Both the position numbers and the translations under genes were made by a program. A model generated the notes under the pieces. That model saw only the letters and a program-made list of their open reading frames with translations, searched no databases and had not been told where the DNA came from. A stretch of DNA of 47,833 nt, the filler included, from Jimgerdemannia flammicorona (lineage: Eukaryota), in assembly GCA_003990765.1 (NCBI GenBank). It is 2 parts of 2 records of this genome, joined end to end, with 100 filler letters (N's around TTAATTAATTAA, not from the genome) between each part and the next. Parts side by side here need not be neighbours in the genome. Positions count along the whole stretch, not along the records: positions 1 to 23,872 come from RBNJ01001050.1; 1 more part is not named here. One strand, written 5' to 3'. Shown here piece by piece: positions 1-11,548 of this stretch (position 1 is its first letter; every line of letters starts with the position of its first letter).

Positions 1-1252
1 TTATAGTCAAATTTGGCTATATTACAGAGTAAGAGATATACTATCAAATAATAGCTCTATATATACTTTAGCAGAATAGTATAGCTGAGTGATTTAACCA
101 TATAGCTATAGAAATAGTATATATGATAATTAATATAATAGAACTATTATATTCTTATTAGGCTGAGGTTATCAACTTAATAATATATATATATAGCTAG
201 TATATATCTCAAGTACTAAATAAGAAATCTAACAATAATAAATCTGGCAATAATGAGCAATCTAGAAATAATACTAATGATCTTATCTCTGAAGAATTAT
301 GGAGAGAATTTAAGTCAGATATTTTATATCTATATATATTTAGATATAAGACCTATACTCTAAAAAAAGGAAAAAATCAGCATAAATTTGAGTCTAAAAC
401 TAATGAGCATATATTTCTCAGATATGATAAAAAGTTATATAGGTTGTAGAATCTATATAAATATTATATAGTATATATATAGTTCAATAAAAAAGAAAAT
501 CAGAAATTCTATATAAATATATCCATCATAATCTCTATATCTCAGTCAGTACTGATAATATCATCTATGAGTCAGCAACAATAAGTATAATAACTAGTAC
601 CAATCTCTTTAGTAATAAAGCAAAATTATTTTCAACTACTAAATATATCAGAGTTAAGAATAATAGAGATTAAAAATGATAAGATTTCTGATAATAATAA
701 AGAGTCTATTAAAGATAAGAAAAAGTCAAAGTATAAGTCTAGAAATGAGACTCATTCTAATTTAGGAAATTATTAAGATATATTAATAAGATCTAGATAG
801 TAATATAATAAGAACTGCATGAGCTATACTAAAGCATATAAATACATATATATGACAACTTTCAGCAAGCTAAGTATATATAACAAAGCAATAATATCTT
901 CTAATAATAAGAGATAGAAGTAAGCCATAGATGAGAAATATAACTTACTTATCAAAAATAGTACATAAGACTTAGTATTTCTTCCAATCAATTGATAGGC
1001 CATAGAATTATATTGAGTCTATAAAATCAAGTGCAAGAGTGATAGAAGTATAGAATAGTATAAAGCTCATTTTATAGCAAAGAGTTATTTACAAAATTAT
1101 AGTATAGCCTATAATAAGATATTTTTCCTAATATTCAAGCTCACTTCTCTAAGGATACTTCTTGTAATAAGTACTATATATAGCCTAGAAATCTACCAAA
1201 TAGATATAAAGATGGTTTTTTTAAGCAGTGATATAGATATAAAGTTATATAT
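1..1252 (+). mobile_element. Degenerate Ty1/copia retrotransposon, pol region (integrase C-terminal part to RT), left part
   Basis: Decayed copia RT motifs at about 1010-1250 (*VYKIKCKSDRSIE*YKAHFIAKSYLQ; LEIYQIDIKMVFL, cf. WVYKIK..YKARLVAKG and HQMDVKTAFL); very AT-rich with many stops; continues after the Gypsy-1 insertion. Confidence 0.8.
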
Positions 1253-1369
1253 TGTAACATACACAATTGACAATAGAGTACTGGTGACTGCTAAGATCAG
1301 ACGACATAATGGTGTGACAATCAAATAGACAGTCTGACCCATTAGGTGATCATCCCAAAAGAAGACAAG

Positions 1370-2446
1370 ATGATCCGAGCCAAAATGAAGACCATATTAT
1401 TTAAGGAATCATACTCCGCCTCAAGGATCAGCACCAAAGAACCAAGTACCCACCACACAATACCTCCCATTTGCTGAACCAACCAGACCTCCCGCTGCTC
1501 TACCCCTTTGCCTGGCCCAAAGACCCTGATCTTTGAAGCTATCAAGAAGGCCATCTGGTGCCCAGATACTTCCGAACACTTGAACTTCTATACTGAGGAC
1601 CTTGGACACTTTATCAACTACCAGTATATAATGACCCAACAGCTCAAAGACACTACCGAACGAATGACCCTCTGGCATGACTATGAAATCGGACACCGCC
1701 TTCGCAATAAGACTCAAGAAGATGACCAGGAAGACCTCATTGCCGAAATGTTAACCACCAGCTGGCTAATCAAAAGAGCCCTCCATGTCCATCAAATCTT
1801 CTGCCATATTCCCTGGGCTATAGCACACTTGCAAGGAGTAACAGCTGGCAGCCTCTCCTGCCTTTCAACTGAAGATGCTGACTGGATAGAATCTGAAGTA
1901 GCCAACTCTACTGGCAGCAACTGCGTTGCCATAGGAAGCCAACAAACCGAACCTACTCAGCCAGGTTTCCACACCACCCCACTCCGAGACAACCATCAAG
2001 GTCACCTAATAAGTCTTATGGAGATATTTGAAGGACCGCCCATTACCATAGAAGCACCCGTTGGAGCTACCCCAACCATCCACCACCTTGTCAGCCACAA
2101 TTCACACCTCATCATTTGGGAACCAAATCAAGAAGAAGCCCAAGAAGTTCCTGTCTTTAAAGAGGAGGCCCAAGAACTCCAAGGCCCTGCCCCTGAAGAA
2201 ACCCCCTCTGACACTGAAACTGACAAGTCTTCAGAAGAAGAAGAGGAGCAACAGAGAGTCTACCAGTCCTCTGTCCACATTCAAGCTGTTCAAGGGTTGG
2301 AGAATGTTATTGAAGATGACTGGCCACTTTTCTACCCCCTCACCTCTTGGCCGATGCTTCCCCCCTTTGAGGAGAGACATGATGAAGAATAAATCACAAT
2401 CCAGCAAGATTTGCCTGCCACAGACAAAGGGTATTATTTCCTCTAG
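1370..2446 (+). pseudogene. LTR-embedded accessory ORF (5' copy; consensus about 358 aa, acidic C-terminus, unknown function)
   Basis: ATG 1370 to TAG 2446; internal stops at 1475 (TGA) and 2390 (TAA) are sense codons (CGA, GAA) in the 3' LTR copy. Confidence 0.75.
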
Positions 2447-2480
2447 AGTACCACCCATCAGCCATGAGAACCCAGCTTTT

Positions 2481-2690
2481 GTCAGCAAGTCTGAATCCAG
2501 CATTGCTACCCAGTACCACCGTTTTCAGCATTTTGTCAGCAGGTCCAAATTCAGCGTTGCCACCCTCCACAACCATTTCTGGCAACAATCATCGTATCAT
2601 ATCAGCTCATCCGAATCCAGCATTGCTACCCAGTACCACTGTTTTCAGCATTTTGTCAGTAGGTCCGAATCCAGCATTGCTATCCCCTAC
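2481..2690 (+). repeat. Degenerate U3 tandem repeats (about 54-66 bp units), enhancer-like
   Basis: Four copies of a core like GTCAGCAGGTCCGAATCCAGCATTGCTACCC just upstream of the TATA box; repeated in the 3' LTR. Confidence 0.7.
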
Positions 2691-2810
2691 AACTCAATCC
2701 ATAGTAAACAATAGCCTACACTTCGCATCGTGCAAACCAATAGCATAAGTTCGCCACAACGTAGTATACCTTAGCCTTAGTCATGCCCCCTCCCCCATAG
2801 CTAGCAAACT

Positions 2811-2850
2811 TGTATAAATAACCCATATTCTTAGAGTGAATAAACCTCAG
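2811..2850 (+). promoter_or_regulatory. LTR TATA box and polyadenylation signal
   Basis: TGTATAAATAACCCA followed by AGAGTGAATAAACCTCAG; both motifs are also present in the Gypsy-2 LTRs. Confidence 0.65.
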
Positions 2851-3676
2851 CCAGATAGTTTTACAGAGAAAACACACTGCCTCCAAGAGACTGGATAAAT
2901 TCTGAGAACAAGATAACAACCTAGAGCAACAGATTGCTCGGAAGTTTGAGTTAAAGAATTTTCTCTTGCCACGGAAAGGAAACATTACCCGACTGCTGCC
3001 ATTCGACTGCCATTCGAGATTCGAGACCCAGCCAAAGATTAAAGAACCCACGGAACCCAAGTTACCCAGCCAAGGATTCAAGACCCAGAAACCCAAGGAG
3101 ACCCAGCCAAGAATTCTAGACCACGACTGCCATGCATTCAGACTGCCATTCAGACCACACATTCGACTGCCATTCGAGATTCAAGACTCAGAAAACCAAG
3201 GAACCCAAGGATACCCAGCCAAACAAGACCACAGCCTAAGACCCGCCAAGATACTCGAATGACTGCCAAAGACCCAAGTTATCCTGCCCTTTCAAGCTAA
3301 ACAAGACGGACAAACAAGCCGTCAACCTCCATTTTCCCGACCTACTGCGCCACAAACCGCTTTAATTGACTGCATAAAGAGCAAGACCATCAAGCCTGTC
3401 GTCGTCGCTTAAATTCAAGTCCGCCATCATTGCCAAGTTAATCGCTGCCAGGAAACTTAGCCAGCATAATCGCCACTCTTGTCCACTAAACAATTGAGCC
3501 ACTATCTTCAAACGATCTCCCGCTATTATCGATTACCACATGAATCGAACGATCTGTCACATGACCATCGACCCATAACTGTCACGAACGCACTCAGTTA
3601 TCCATCGCATGCTTCACCAAGTGACACATTGAGCTGTGCAGTCGAAGTTCAATATACATAACTGAATGCCACATTT

Positions 3677-3694
3677 TGGGGGCTCAACTGGGAA
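3677..3694 (+). promoter_or_regulatory. Primer-binding site, tRNA-Pro-like
   Basis: TGGGGGCTCAACTGGGAA 3 nt after the LTR; resembles the tRNA-Pro PBS TGGGGGCTCGTCCGGGAT of MLV. Confidence 0.8.
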
Positions 3695-4567
3695 AGTTTT
3701 CAAAAGACTTGATCATTTGGCTCAAGAACCCAGCTATCTACAGTGGAGAACTTAGCAGGACCAAGTTAGCAACCAAACCAGGGGCAGCAACAGCCCTCCT
3801 CAGCAGAAAAGAAAGCCCACACCCTTGTCAGAACAGTAGCTAGGACCCTACTCAATACCAGTAGCCAGAAAACCAAATCAGAAGAAAGAAGTGACCCAGA
3901 TTATGGTTTAACTTCAAGAGAAAGGAGATGACTCAGAGGGCAACCAGAACTGCCCCTTCAGATCCAAGACTTAGGCCAAGAAGAAGAAGAGGATATCCCT
4001 GAGGAGTATCAGACCCTTATCCATAGGAAGAACTCAGACAGAAGTGACTACATAACTACTGTTGTTACTCGAGTCACTCTACTAGACCGAGTATACTTTG
4101 AAACATCAGAGGGAGAAGAGGACTACCATCCATATCAACCAGAGCAAGATGACGATTGGGGATCAGACCATCAAAGGGATGAATTCAACCTATACTATTA
4201 TCCAGACAGCGACACTGACCCACAATAAGACGAATAAGACCTCACTACTTCACAACAGCAAGGGGCAGACGAACTCACTATCAGTTATATCAGTCTGCTC
4301 CCACCATCAGTTACTCGAACTTCAGTACCCTGGTCACTCACACCTCACCACTATCACCAGTCTATCAGAAGATCTCCACCACTACCCAGGACTTCAACTC
4401 CAGCATTAATTAGAAGAGCCAGATTACCCTCACCCTCATCAAGACACCGCCCACTGCCAGCACCACTAGATCATCAAGTACTAGCACTACCACCTTCCCC
4501 ATCACCCCGAGGATCTGCCAGATCCCCTACCCCTGAACAATACTCAGATAGTGAAGACGAGCCAGAC

Positions 4568-7500
4568 ATGAGCTACCTTCAGAAGTTCCATGGTGCAGAC
4601 AATGAAGACATCAAGGAATTCTTTGAAGAAATTGAAGTTCAAGCAGCCGCCAAACAATGGGATGCTGCAAGAAAACTCAGAATTGTGGAGTCGCTCCTGA
4701 GAGGACCAGCCCTACAGAGATATAATCAAGCCAAGTAAGCTGGAGGAGAAATCCATACAGAGGAACTGAATGACAGCCTTCAACCTGATAGGAACCATGT
4801 AGCAAGGTACATGATTTACAAAGCCTGGCTCTGTGCCCAGTTCAATGGACAAGTGCCAACAAGAAGCACAGGAGGCTTTGACCTACATGAGCCAAGCTGC
4901 TAATGAAACTCCCAAGAGTTTCTACTATCGGATTCAAGCTCAAATGATCAAGGCGAACCTTCAACCAGCAGTCCAACTGGCCCTAGCCTCAACTACCTTC
5001 CTCAAAGGCTTATACCCAGAACTCCGAAGGCAAGTTATCAGGATGGGATATCAAAACATTGAACAGCAAGTTGCTGGAGCACAAGGATGTTGGGAAGCAG
5101 ATTATAGACCAGTACAACAAGTACAAGGCTATCCTGAGCCAATCTGAGCTGAAACCCCAAGGATCCGAGGAACAACCATGGAGTAAGAGAATGCCTTCCT
5201 CAGAGCCCAGATAGCCAACTATGAGAACAGCCCAGCACCCACAAATCCGACTCCATTCAGGCAACCACAGCAGCAGCCACCATCAAGAGTTCAAGAAGAC
5301 CCCATGATAATGCTCACTAAGCAAATGAAGGACCTGGCCATCGCGGTTGCCCAGCTAAACAACCAAGGTAAAAGACAACAAGACTACCATCGTGATAACA
5401 GACCAGACTACTGGCAACAAGACAACAGAGGTCCTGCCCCCACACTATCAGCTGCAACTACAGCCTCATCAGCGACTGGTTCCTATGGTCCCACCTGCTT
5501 CAACTGCAGAAATCAAGGCTACATCCAGAGGAATTGTCCAAGGAACCAACCCACCCAGTCCAATGACAGAAATGTCAACCTCTTTCAGGTAGATGAAGAG
5601 ACTCAGGAGATGGAAGAAGAAGCAGCCTGGCTCCATGGTCAAGAAGATGACATCTACCCATACTTCGAGGCTTTTCCATCCAAGGTGACATGGGAAGCTG
5701 CCCCCACGGAGACTAGAGGACAAGGAAGACCATGAAGGAACCCCCCACCTCAACTGCCAGTAACGGTATCCACCGGCAAGCATCTGCAACATGGCCATTC
5801 TTCTTCAGACACTCCACAAGAACAGAAGAAGCGAGTTAGAAGAGATACTCCTGAACCAGAAGCCGGACCATCTAGGACAACCCCCGGCTCTACCCTGCCA
5901 GACCTTGAAGAAGATGAGCATATGAGCATAGAATCTTCAGCTGACGAAATGCCCATCAGGAATGAGAGACTACACTCCAAGGGACTAAGACACCAAAGAA
6001 GCAGCAAGCCCCATGCAGCAGCCTCACTTTGGGAATATATCCGCCTACAGAATGCTGGTCTTACTGTTGAGCAAGTCCTCAAGAATGCACCAGAGGTCAG
6101 GCGAAAATTCCTGAAAGAAGCCAAGGAAGATACCAAGAGACTTCCAGTTCAAGGACCACACACTCAAGAACCTAGCACTATCCACACAGTCCATGAGAGC
6201 CAGTGACATGAACATCAATCTACAAGACTCGCCAATGGAAAAGTGCATGGTGAAAATGCCAGAATTCTCGTCGATACTGGAGCAGCAGTATGCATCATCA
6301 CCCAAAGAATGTTGGAGCGAATTGGATGGGGAATAGATGAAGGAACCAAAGCAAGAGTTATCATGGCCGACGGATCAGCTTCCACACCCCTTGGACTTGT
6401 CAGAGACATCCCTATTTAAGTTAGAAAGGCCCGCCTCAATGTACCCAAAGCCATCATGACCCCCACAACCTCCTATGACCTGATCCTGGGAACTGACTGG
6501 TTAAGCCAAGTGGGAGCCAATGTAGATATCAAGAAACAACTCCTGGTCTTCTCTACTTATGGATAGAAGTACAAGGTGCTCATTGACTCGAAAGGATTAT
6601 CTAAAAAAATGAATCAAGCCTCAGAAACAGAATGGCAAGGACACGGCGACACCCCCACTACTACTGAGGATGAAAGCAAGGCCAATTTCCTACAAGAACT
6701 AGGAAGCGATTTTGATGCCCCAAGGGACCAAGAAAGTGAACAAGAAGACTCTTTCATTGGAGTTATTGGTGTTGAAGGCCTGGAAGAAAGCATTGATAGA
6801 GCCATTAATGCAAGGGCAGCACTTGAGTTTGCAGGACCTTCTGCTCAACCACCACCACCACTGGTAGAAAATCAGATCATGCGAGCCTTTTGTCGAGGCA
6901 TATGTGAACACTTCATCAGCTTCCACTCACCAAGAGATGATTGCAGCAATTGCCAAATCCTGGATCTCAAGAAGGTTCTAATGCCAGAAATTGATGATAA
7001 GGACAAATTGAAGCAAGCACCATCCCACAGCCGAATATAACCTCCAACCCCGAAGACCTTCAAAAAGACCTATAAGGAAGGACAGAAGATCCTTGCCCAC
7101 CAAACATTTGAGTCCCTTACCATTGAAGGAGAAAGCAACAGCTCCTACACTATCACCCGGGCCCTCCAGATCACACAGCCCACCTATGACAAGTATCGGA
7201 AGAGATTCCCTACCAGTAGGGAGGTCAAACAGTAAAATGAAGACTTTGTCAAGAAGGGACATTGTGATTGTGGAAAAACCTTTACCTGCCACTGGTGTGA
7301 ACATTGAGATGTTCACCTCAGCGAAGATATCTACAAGAGCCAAGTCAAGAGAAAGGATCCCACCCTGCAAGAACCTCGAATTCGCTGGGCCTATCGGAAG
7401 TGCAAAGAAATCAACCATGAAGGAGATTGCAAGTTCAAGGGCAAGACCTCTATCTGGGACCTACCATTGGAAGTTCTTGCCATCATTCGCTGGTACTGTC

Positions 7501-8567
7501 ACCCTCATCAAGGAAAAGAAGGTGTCAACCTTGCCTTCATCCTTATGGAAGCTCTGGACCCTCTAGGAAAGACTGGATTCAATTACACAAGAAACTCAAA
7601 GATGGGAGCTCACTGGCCTTTCTTCAAACCAGAGCACATAGACTTCTCACCTACAATGGCAATAGCTGAAGTGCCATTTCTCAAAGCTCAACCAATTATC
7701 CAGGTCAAGCTGCTTTCCCCCTGGGCACAGCCATCTCTTGCACAAACAGAAGGATCAGTTGGTTATGATCTCTGCCTCTCCTACCAAGCAAGAATCCGAC
7801 CCAGAAGTACCAGGACATTTGACCTACAGATTGCACTCGCTATACCACCTGGGCATTATGGACAATTGGCCTCAAGATCCTCATTGGCAACCAAAGGAGT
7901 CACAGTAGAAGGAGGAGTCATCGATCAGGACTACCGAGGTCCCTTGAAGGTCATTATCCGCAATTCTAGTAGAACCAGCCAATTCTTCAGTTCTATGGAA
8001 GCCATCTGCCAAATCCTGTTTATCAAGACATCATAGCTGACCATCCAAGAGGTAGACCAACTAGAAGATACCAACAGAGGACAAGGAGGCTTTGGAAGCA
8101 CCAATAGAAATCTATGGACACCACCTATCAAGATGCATTTGGCAACAGTTGCTCAATTCCGACAAATGAGGCCCCATATCTGCCGCATAATCCGAGCAAG
8201 AGAAGACATCCTCCTGCAGCCCTACCAGCAAAAAGGCCTAGATGTGTACCTACCAGTAGAAGCAAACAACTTGATATTTGCACTATCACTGGAGCTTCAA
8301 AAGGAATACCACATCCTCCTGGCTGAAGAACAAATTCATGACCAGATGTCACCGATCCACATCCCTATCAGAAACTCGGGCTTCGAAGTGATAACTATCC
8401 CCAAGGGAACAACACTGGGATATTTCGAACCACTGATAGACACCTATGAGGAAGAAGTCTTCAAATTCTTGGGAAACGGCAAGTCCTCTCCAGTGAGACT
8501 GACAGTACCAGGGAGGAAGACTCAGCAAATTCAGCAATCAAAGCTGTTGACATCAAGACAACTCTAA
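4568..8567 (+). pseudogene. gag: Gypsy-1 Gag-protease-dUTPase polyprotein (disrupted)
   Basis: Capsid-like start MSYLQKFHGADNEDIKEFF; zinc knuckle CFNCRNQGYIQRNC; aspartic protease ILVDTGAAV (6273-6281) and YDLILGTDWL; one frame from about 4860 to 8567 with C>T-type stops. An N-terminal extension upstream of 4568 is possible. Confidence 0.88.
7690..8106 (+). pseudogene. dut: Trimeric-type dUTPase domain of Gypsy-1
   Basis: All five motifs visible: GSVGYDL, LASRSSLA, GGVIDQDYRG, ICQIL, RGQGGFGST; one internal TAG at 8034. Confidence 0.93.
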
Positions 8568-10006
8568 CCAAGGACCAGCAACAACAGATACAGGAGTTGA
8601 TAGAGGAGTATAAAGATATATTTACCACTATATATGATAACTTCCCACCATATCAATACGGAGAACACTCTATACATACTGGAGATGTAAGACCAATCCA
8701 ACAACGACCCTACCGAACACCACATCATCTGATTGAATTCGAACAACAACACATAGATGAAATGCTATGAAATGGAGTCATCAGACCATCATCAAGCCCC
8801 TGGGCTTTACCAGCAATAATAGTACCAAAGAAAGGAGGATGGAGATTAGTCATGGATTTCAGAAAACTCAATAAAGTCACCACAGAAGATGCCTATCCAC
8901 TGCCAAGAATTGATGACCTCATCAATGCCCTCGGAAAAGCCAAATACATGACCACTACTGACCAGTTCCAAGGATTCCAAGTAATACCCATTGCCAAAGA
9001 AGATATCTGCAAGACGGCCTTCATCACTAGATGAGGACAGTATGAATACCTACGAATGCCCTTTGGACTCTGCAATGCACCTGCCTCATTCCAACGAATG
9101 ATGAACTATGTCTACCGGGACCTCATTGGAAGAAATGTACTAGTGTACATAGATGATGTAATCATCTACTCTGAGACATTCAAGCAGCATTTGCAAGACC
9201 TCCGCGAAGTATTCAATACCATTCGAAATTCAGGACTCAGACTCAATGCCAAGAAGTGCTTCTTCGGAAAACATCAAGTCGAATATCTGGGATATGTTGT
9301 CTCAGCTCAAGGAACACATGCCAACCCCTGCAAGGTGGAGAAAGTCAAGAACTACCCAACCTCGACCTCAGCAAAGGAGACCCTATCCTTCCTTATGCTG
9401 GCATCCTACTATCAACGATTCATCCCAAGGTTTTCAGATAAGGCAGCACCTCTCTGAGATATCTCCAAGAAGGACCAACCATTCTACTGGAAAAAGGAAC
9501 AACAAAAGTCATTCGACCTACTCAAGAAGGCCCTTACCAAAGCCCCTGTCCTGGTGCGACCAGACTTTGGCAAACCATTCATCCTGGCAACTGATGCCTC
9601 AGCCTTCGGACTTGGATCAATTCTGTCTCAACAAGATGACCAGAAGAGAGAGCATGTTATCAAATATGCTAGCAAGGCCACAAACGAAACACAAGCGAAC
9701 TATGGAGCTACTAAGTTGGAATGCCTAGCAGTAGTTTGGGCTGTGGACCACTTCTGACACTATCTCTTGGGAAAGAGATTCACCCTCATCACTGACCATC
9801 AAGCTCTACAATGGTTGTTCAACAAGCCGGAGCCCTCAGGAATCTTCACTAGATGGATCATGTCCCTGCAAGAATATTAGTTCACTATTGTCTACAAGAA
9901 AGGTGCTAAGAATTCCAATATTGATACCCTGTCAAGAATCCTGCGAAACCAACAAGAAGGGAAGGAGCCCCCACAAGAGAAGGCTGCTTCCTGCTCACCC
10001 AAATGA
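8478..10006 (+). pseudogene. pol: Gypsy-1 reverse transcriptase + RNase H
   Basis: DFRKLNKVT, YPLPRIDD, MPFGLCNAPASFQ, YIDD (9146-9157), FILATDAS, LECLAVVWA; in the -1 frame relative to the dUTPase ORF. Confidence 0.95.
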
Positions 10007-11223
10007 ACCAAGAATTGCGCCTCACCCTCACCTGGAGCCTGCACCATAGAAGCTTCAAGAAAGGAATTCAACCAGCCTACAAGTTGTTTATCCAAAGGAA
10101 TTTCAAGAAATTCCAAGAAGGCAATGGCAAACTTTGGAGAGTAGAGGGAGAGCAGTATATCTGAGTTCCAAGAGAAGAAGAAATATTGAAGATCCTGACA
10201 ACAAATCATGACCAAAATGCACACTGAGGAATTGGTGCCACAATTGCAAGAATCAAGAAGTGATACTAGTGGCCCAAGATGAGAAAACAAATTTCAACAC
10301 ACATTCAACAATGTGATACCTGCCAAAGATACCGACAAAAGCCTACCGACAGAGCACCATTAATACCAATTGCAGCACCAGCTGGAGTCTTTCAAAGACT
10401 AGGAATAGACATTATTGGACCCCTACCAGTAACCAGCCAAGGAAGACGCTACATCCTCACTATCGAAGACCACCTGACAAAATGGCCTGAAGCCTTTGCC
10501 ATCGAGACTGCCGATGCCCAGACAATTATTGGGATCCTGTATGATGAAATTTTCAGCTGCCATGGTGTGCCCAAGGAAATCATTACAGACCAAGGCTGAG
10601 AATTCGTCAACCAAGCCATGAAGACCTTTGCAAGCAACTTCAAGATCAAGCTATGACCAACAACAGCCTACCACCCACAGGCAAATGGACTTACTGAACG
10701 AATGAACCAGACCATCAAGCGAGGTCTCAGTAGAACCGGAGATCAACTAAACTGAGATATCTATCTATCAGCAATTCTGTTCAGCATCCGTACCTCTAAG
10801 GCAACCGCTACCCAACAGACCCCCTTCTATTTGGTGTATGGCCAAGAAACACAAGATCCTACCAAACCAGTCCAGCTAGATCTGTCAAAACAAGTCACAG
10901 AAGAGATCACCCAGTTACATGACATATGCCAGCAGGCATGAGGATTTATCACCAAGGCACAAGAACGACAAAAGAGGTACTACGACTGCAAAGCCAACCT
11001 CGAACCCCTGCTCATTAGACAAAAGGTTCTGGTGTACCGTACCATCATAGAAGGAAATTGGAGTGCCAAGCTTGAACCAAAATGGGAAGGCCCCTATCTC
11101 ATACACCAAGTATTCTCGAACCACACTTATCAACTCAAGACCTTGGATGGAGCTATACTCAAGACCAAGATACATCGCAACCACATAAGACTCTACTATT
11201 CAAGAGAAGCAAAACGCATTTGA
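10003..11223 (+). pseudogene. Gypsy-1 integrase (separate frame from RT-RH)
   Basis: ATG 10003 (MNQ...), HHCC (HDQNAH...CDTC), DIIGPLP, ITDQG, NGLTERMNQT, GPY motif (KWEGPY); no chromodomain seen. Confidence 0.9.
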
Positions 11224-11548
11224 ACAATTCTGTTCACTCTGTCTGTGTCATCTCTGCTGGAGATATGATGGATGTTTCACTCGGAACTCAAGAAAGCCAA
11301 CAATGTTGGAACCAGACTCAAGCCCATCCACGTGACAGACATTGTTACTAAGAAATTGCCTCGGATTACAAGTAATACTATTTCCGATGGGTTTGAACCC
11401 CCAGCCGCGACTATGGGAGCCCTCACCCTAGACAAGGATGGCCAGTCCTCACAAATGCGCCAGCATTCTGCTCGTCCCTGGAGTTAAGACCACCCAACTC
11501 TGTGTAACCCTCACTGCCGAGAATGGCTCTAATTTTGCAAAGGGCAGA

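Larger units (their letters stand above)
1253..3673 (+). repeat. Gypsy-1 5' LTR
   Basis: Starts TGTAACATACAC, ends AATGCCACA; collinear with 11549-13969 at offset 10296. Confidence 0.97.

Noticed and set aside
2061..2748. Overlapping 217-aa and 94-aa ORFs in the LTR (also 12357-13044)
   Set aside because: Shadow frames of the acidic ORF and of 3n-length tandem repeats; no independent protein signal.
2966..3262. U5 ORF with KETQP-like repeats
   Set aside because: Built from short DNA repeats and truncated differently in the 3' LTR.
11032..11487. Chromodomain at the integrase C-terminus
   Set aside because: No chromodomain pattern (YLVKW...TWE) in any frame of either full-length gypsy element.
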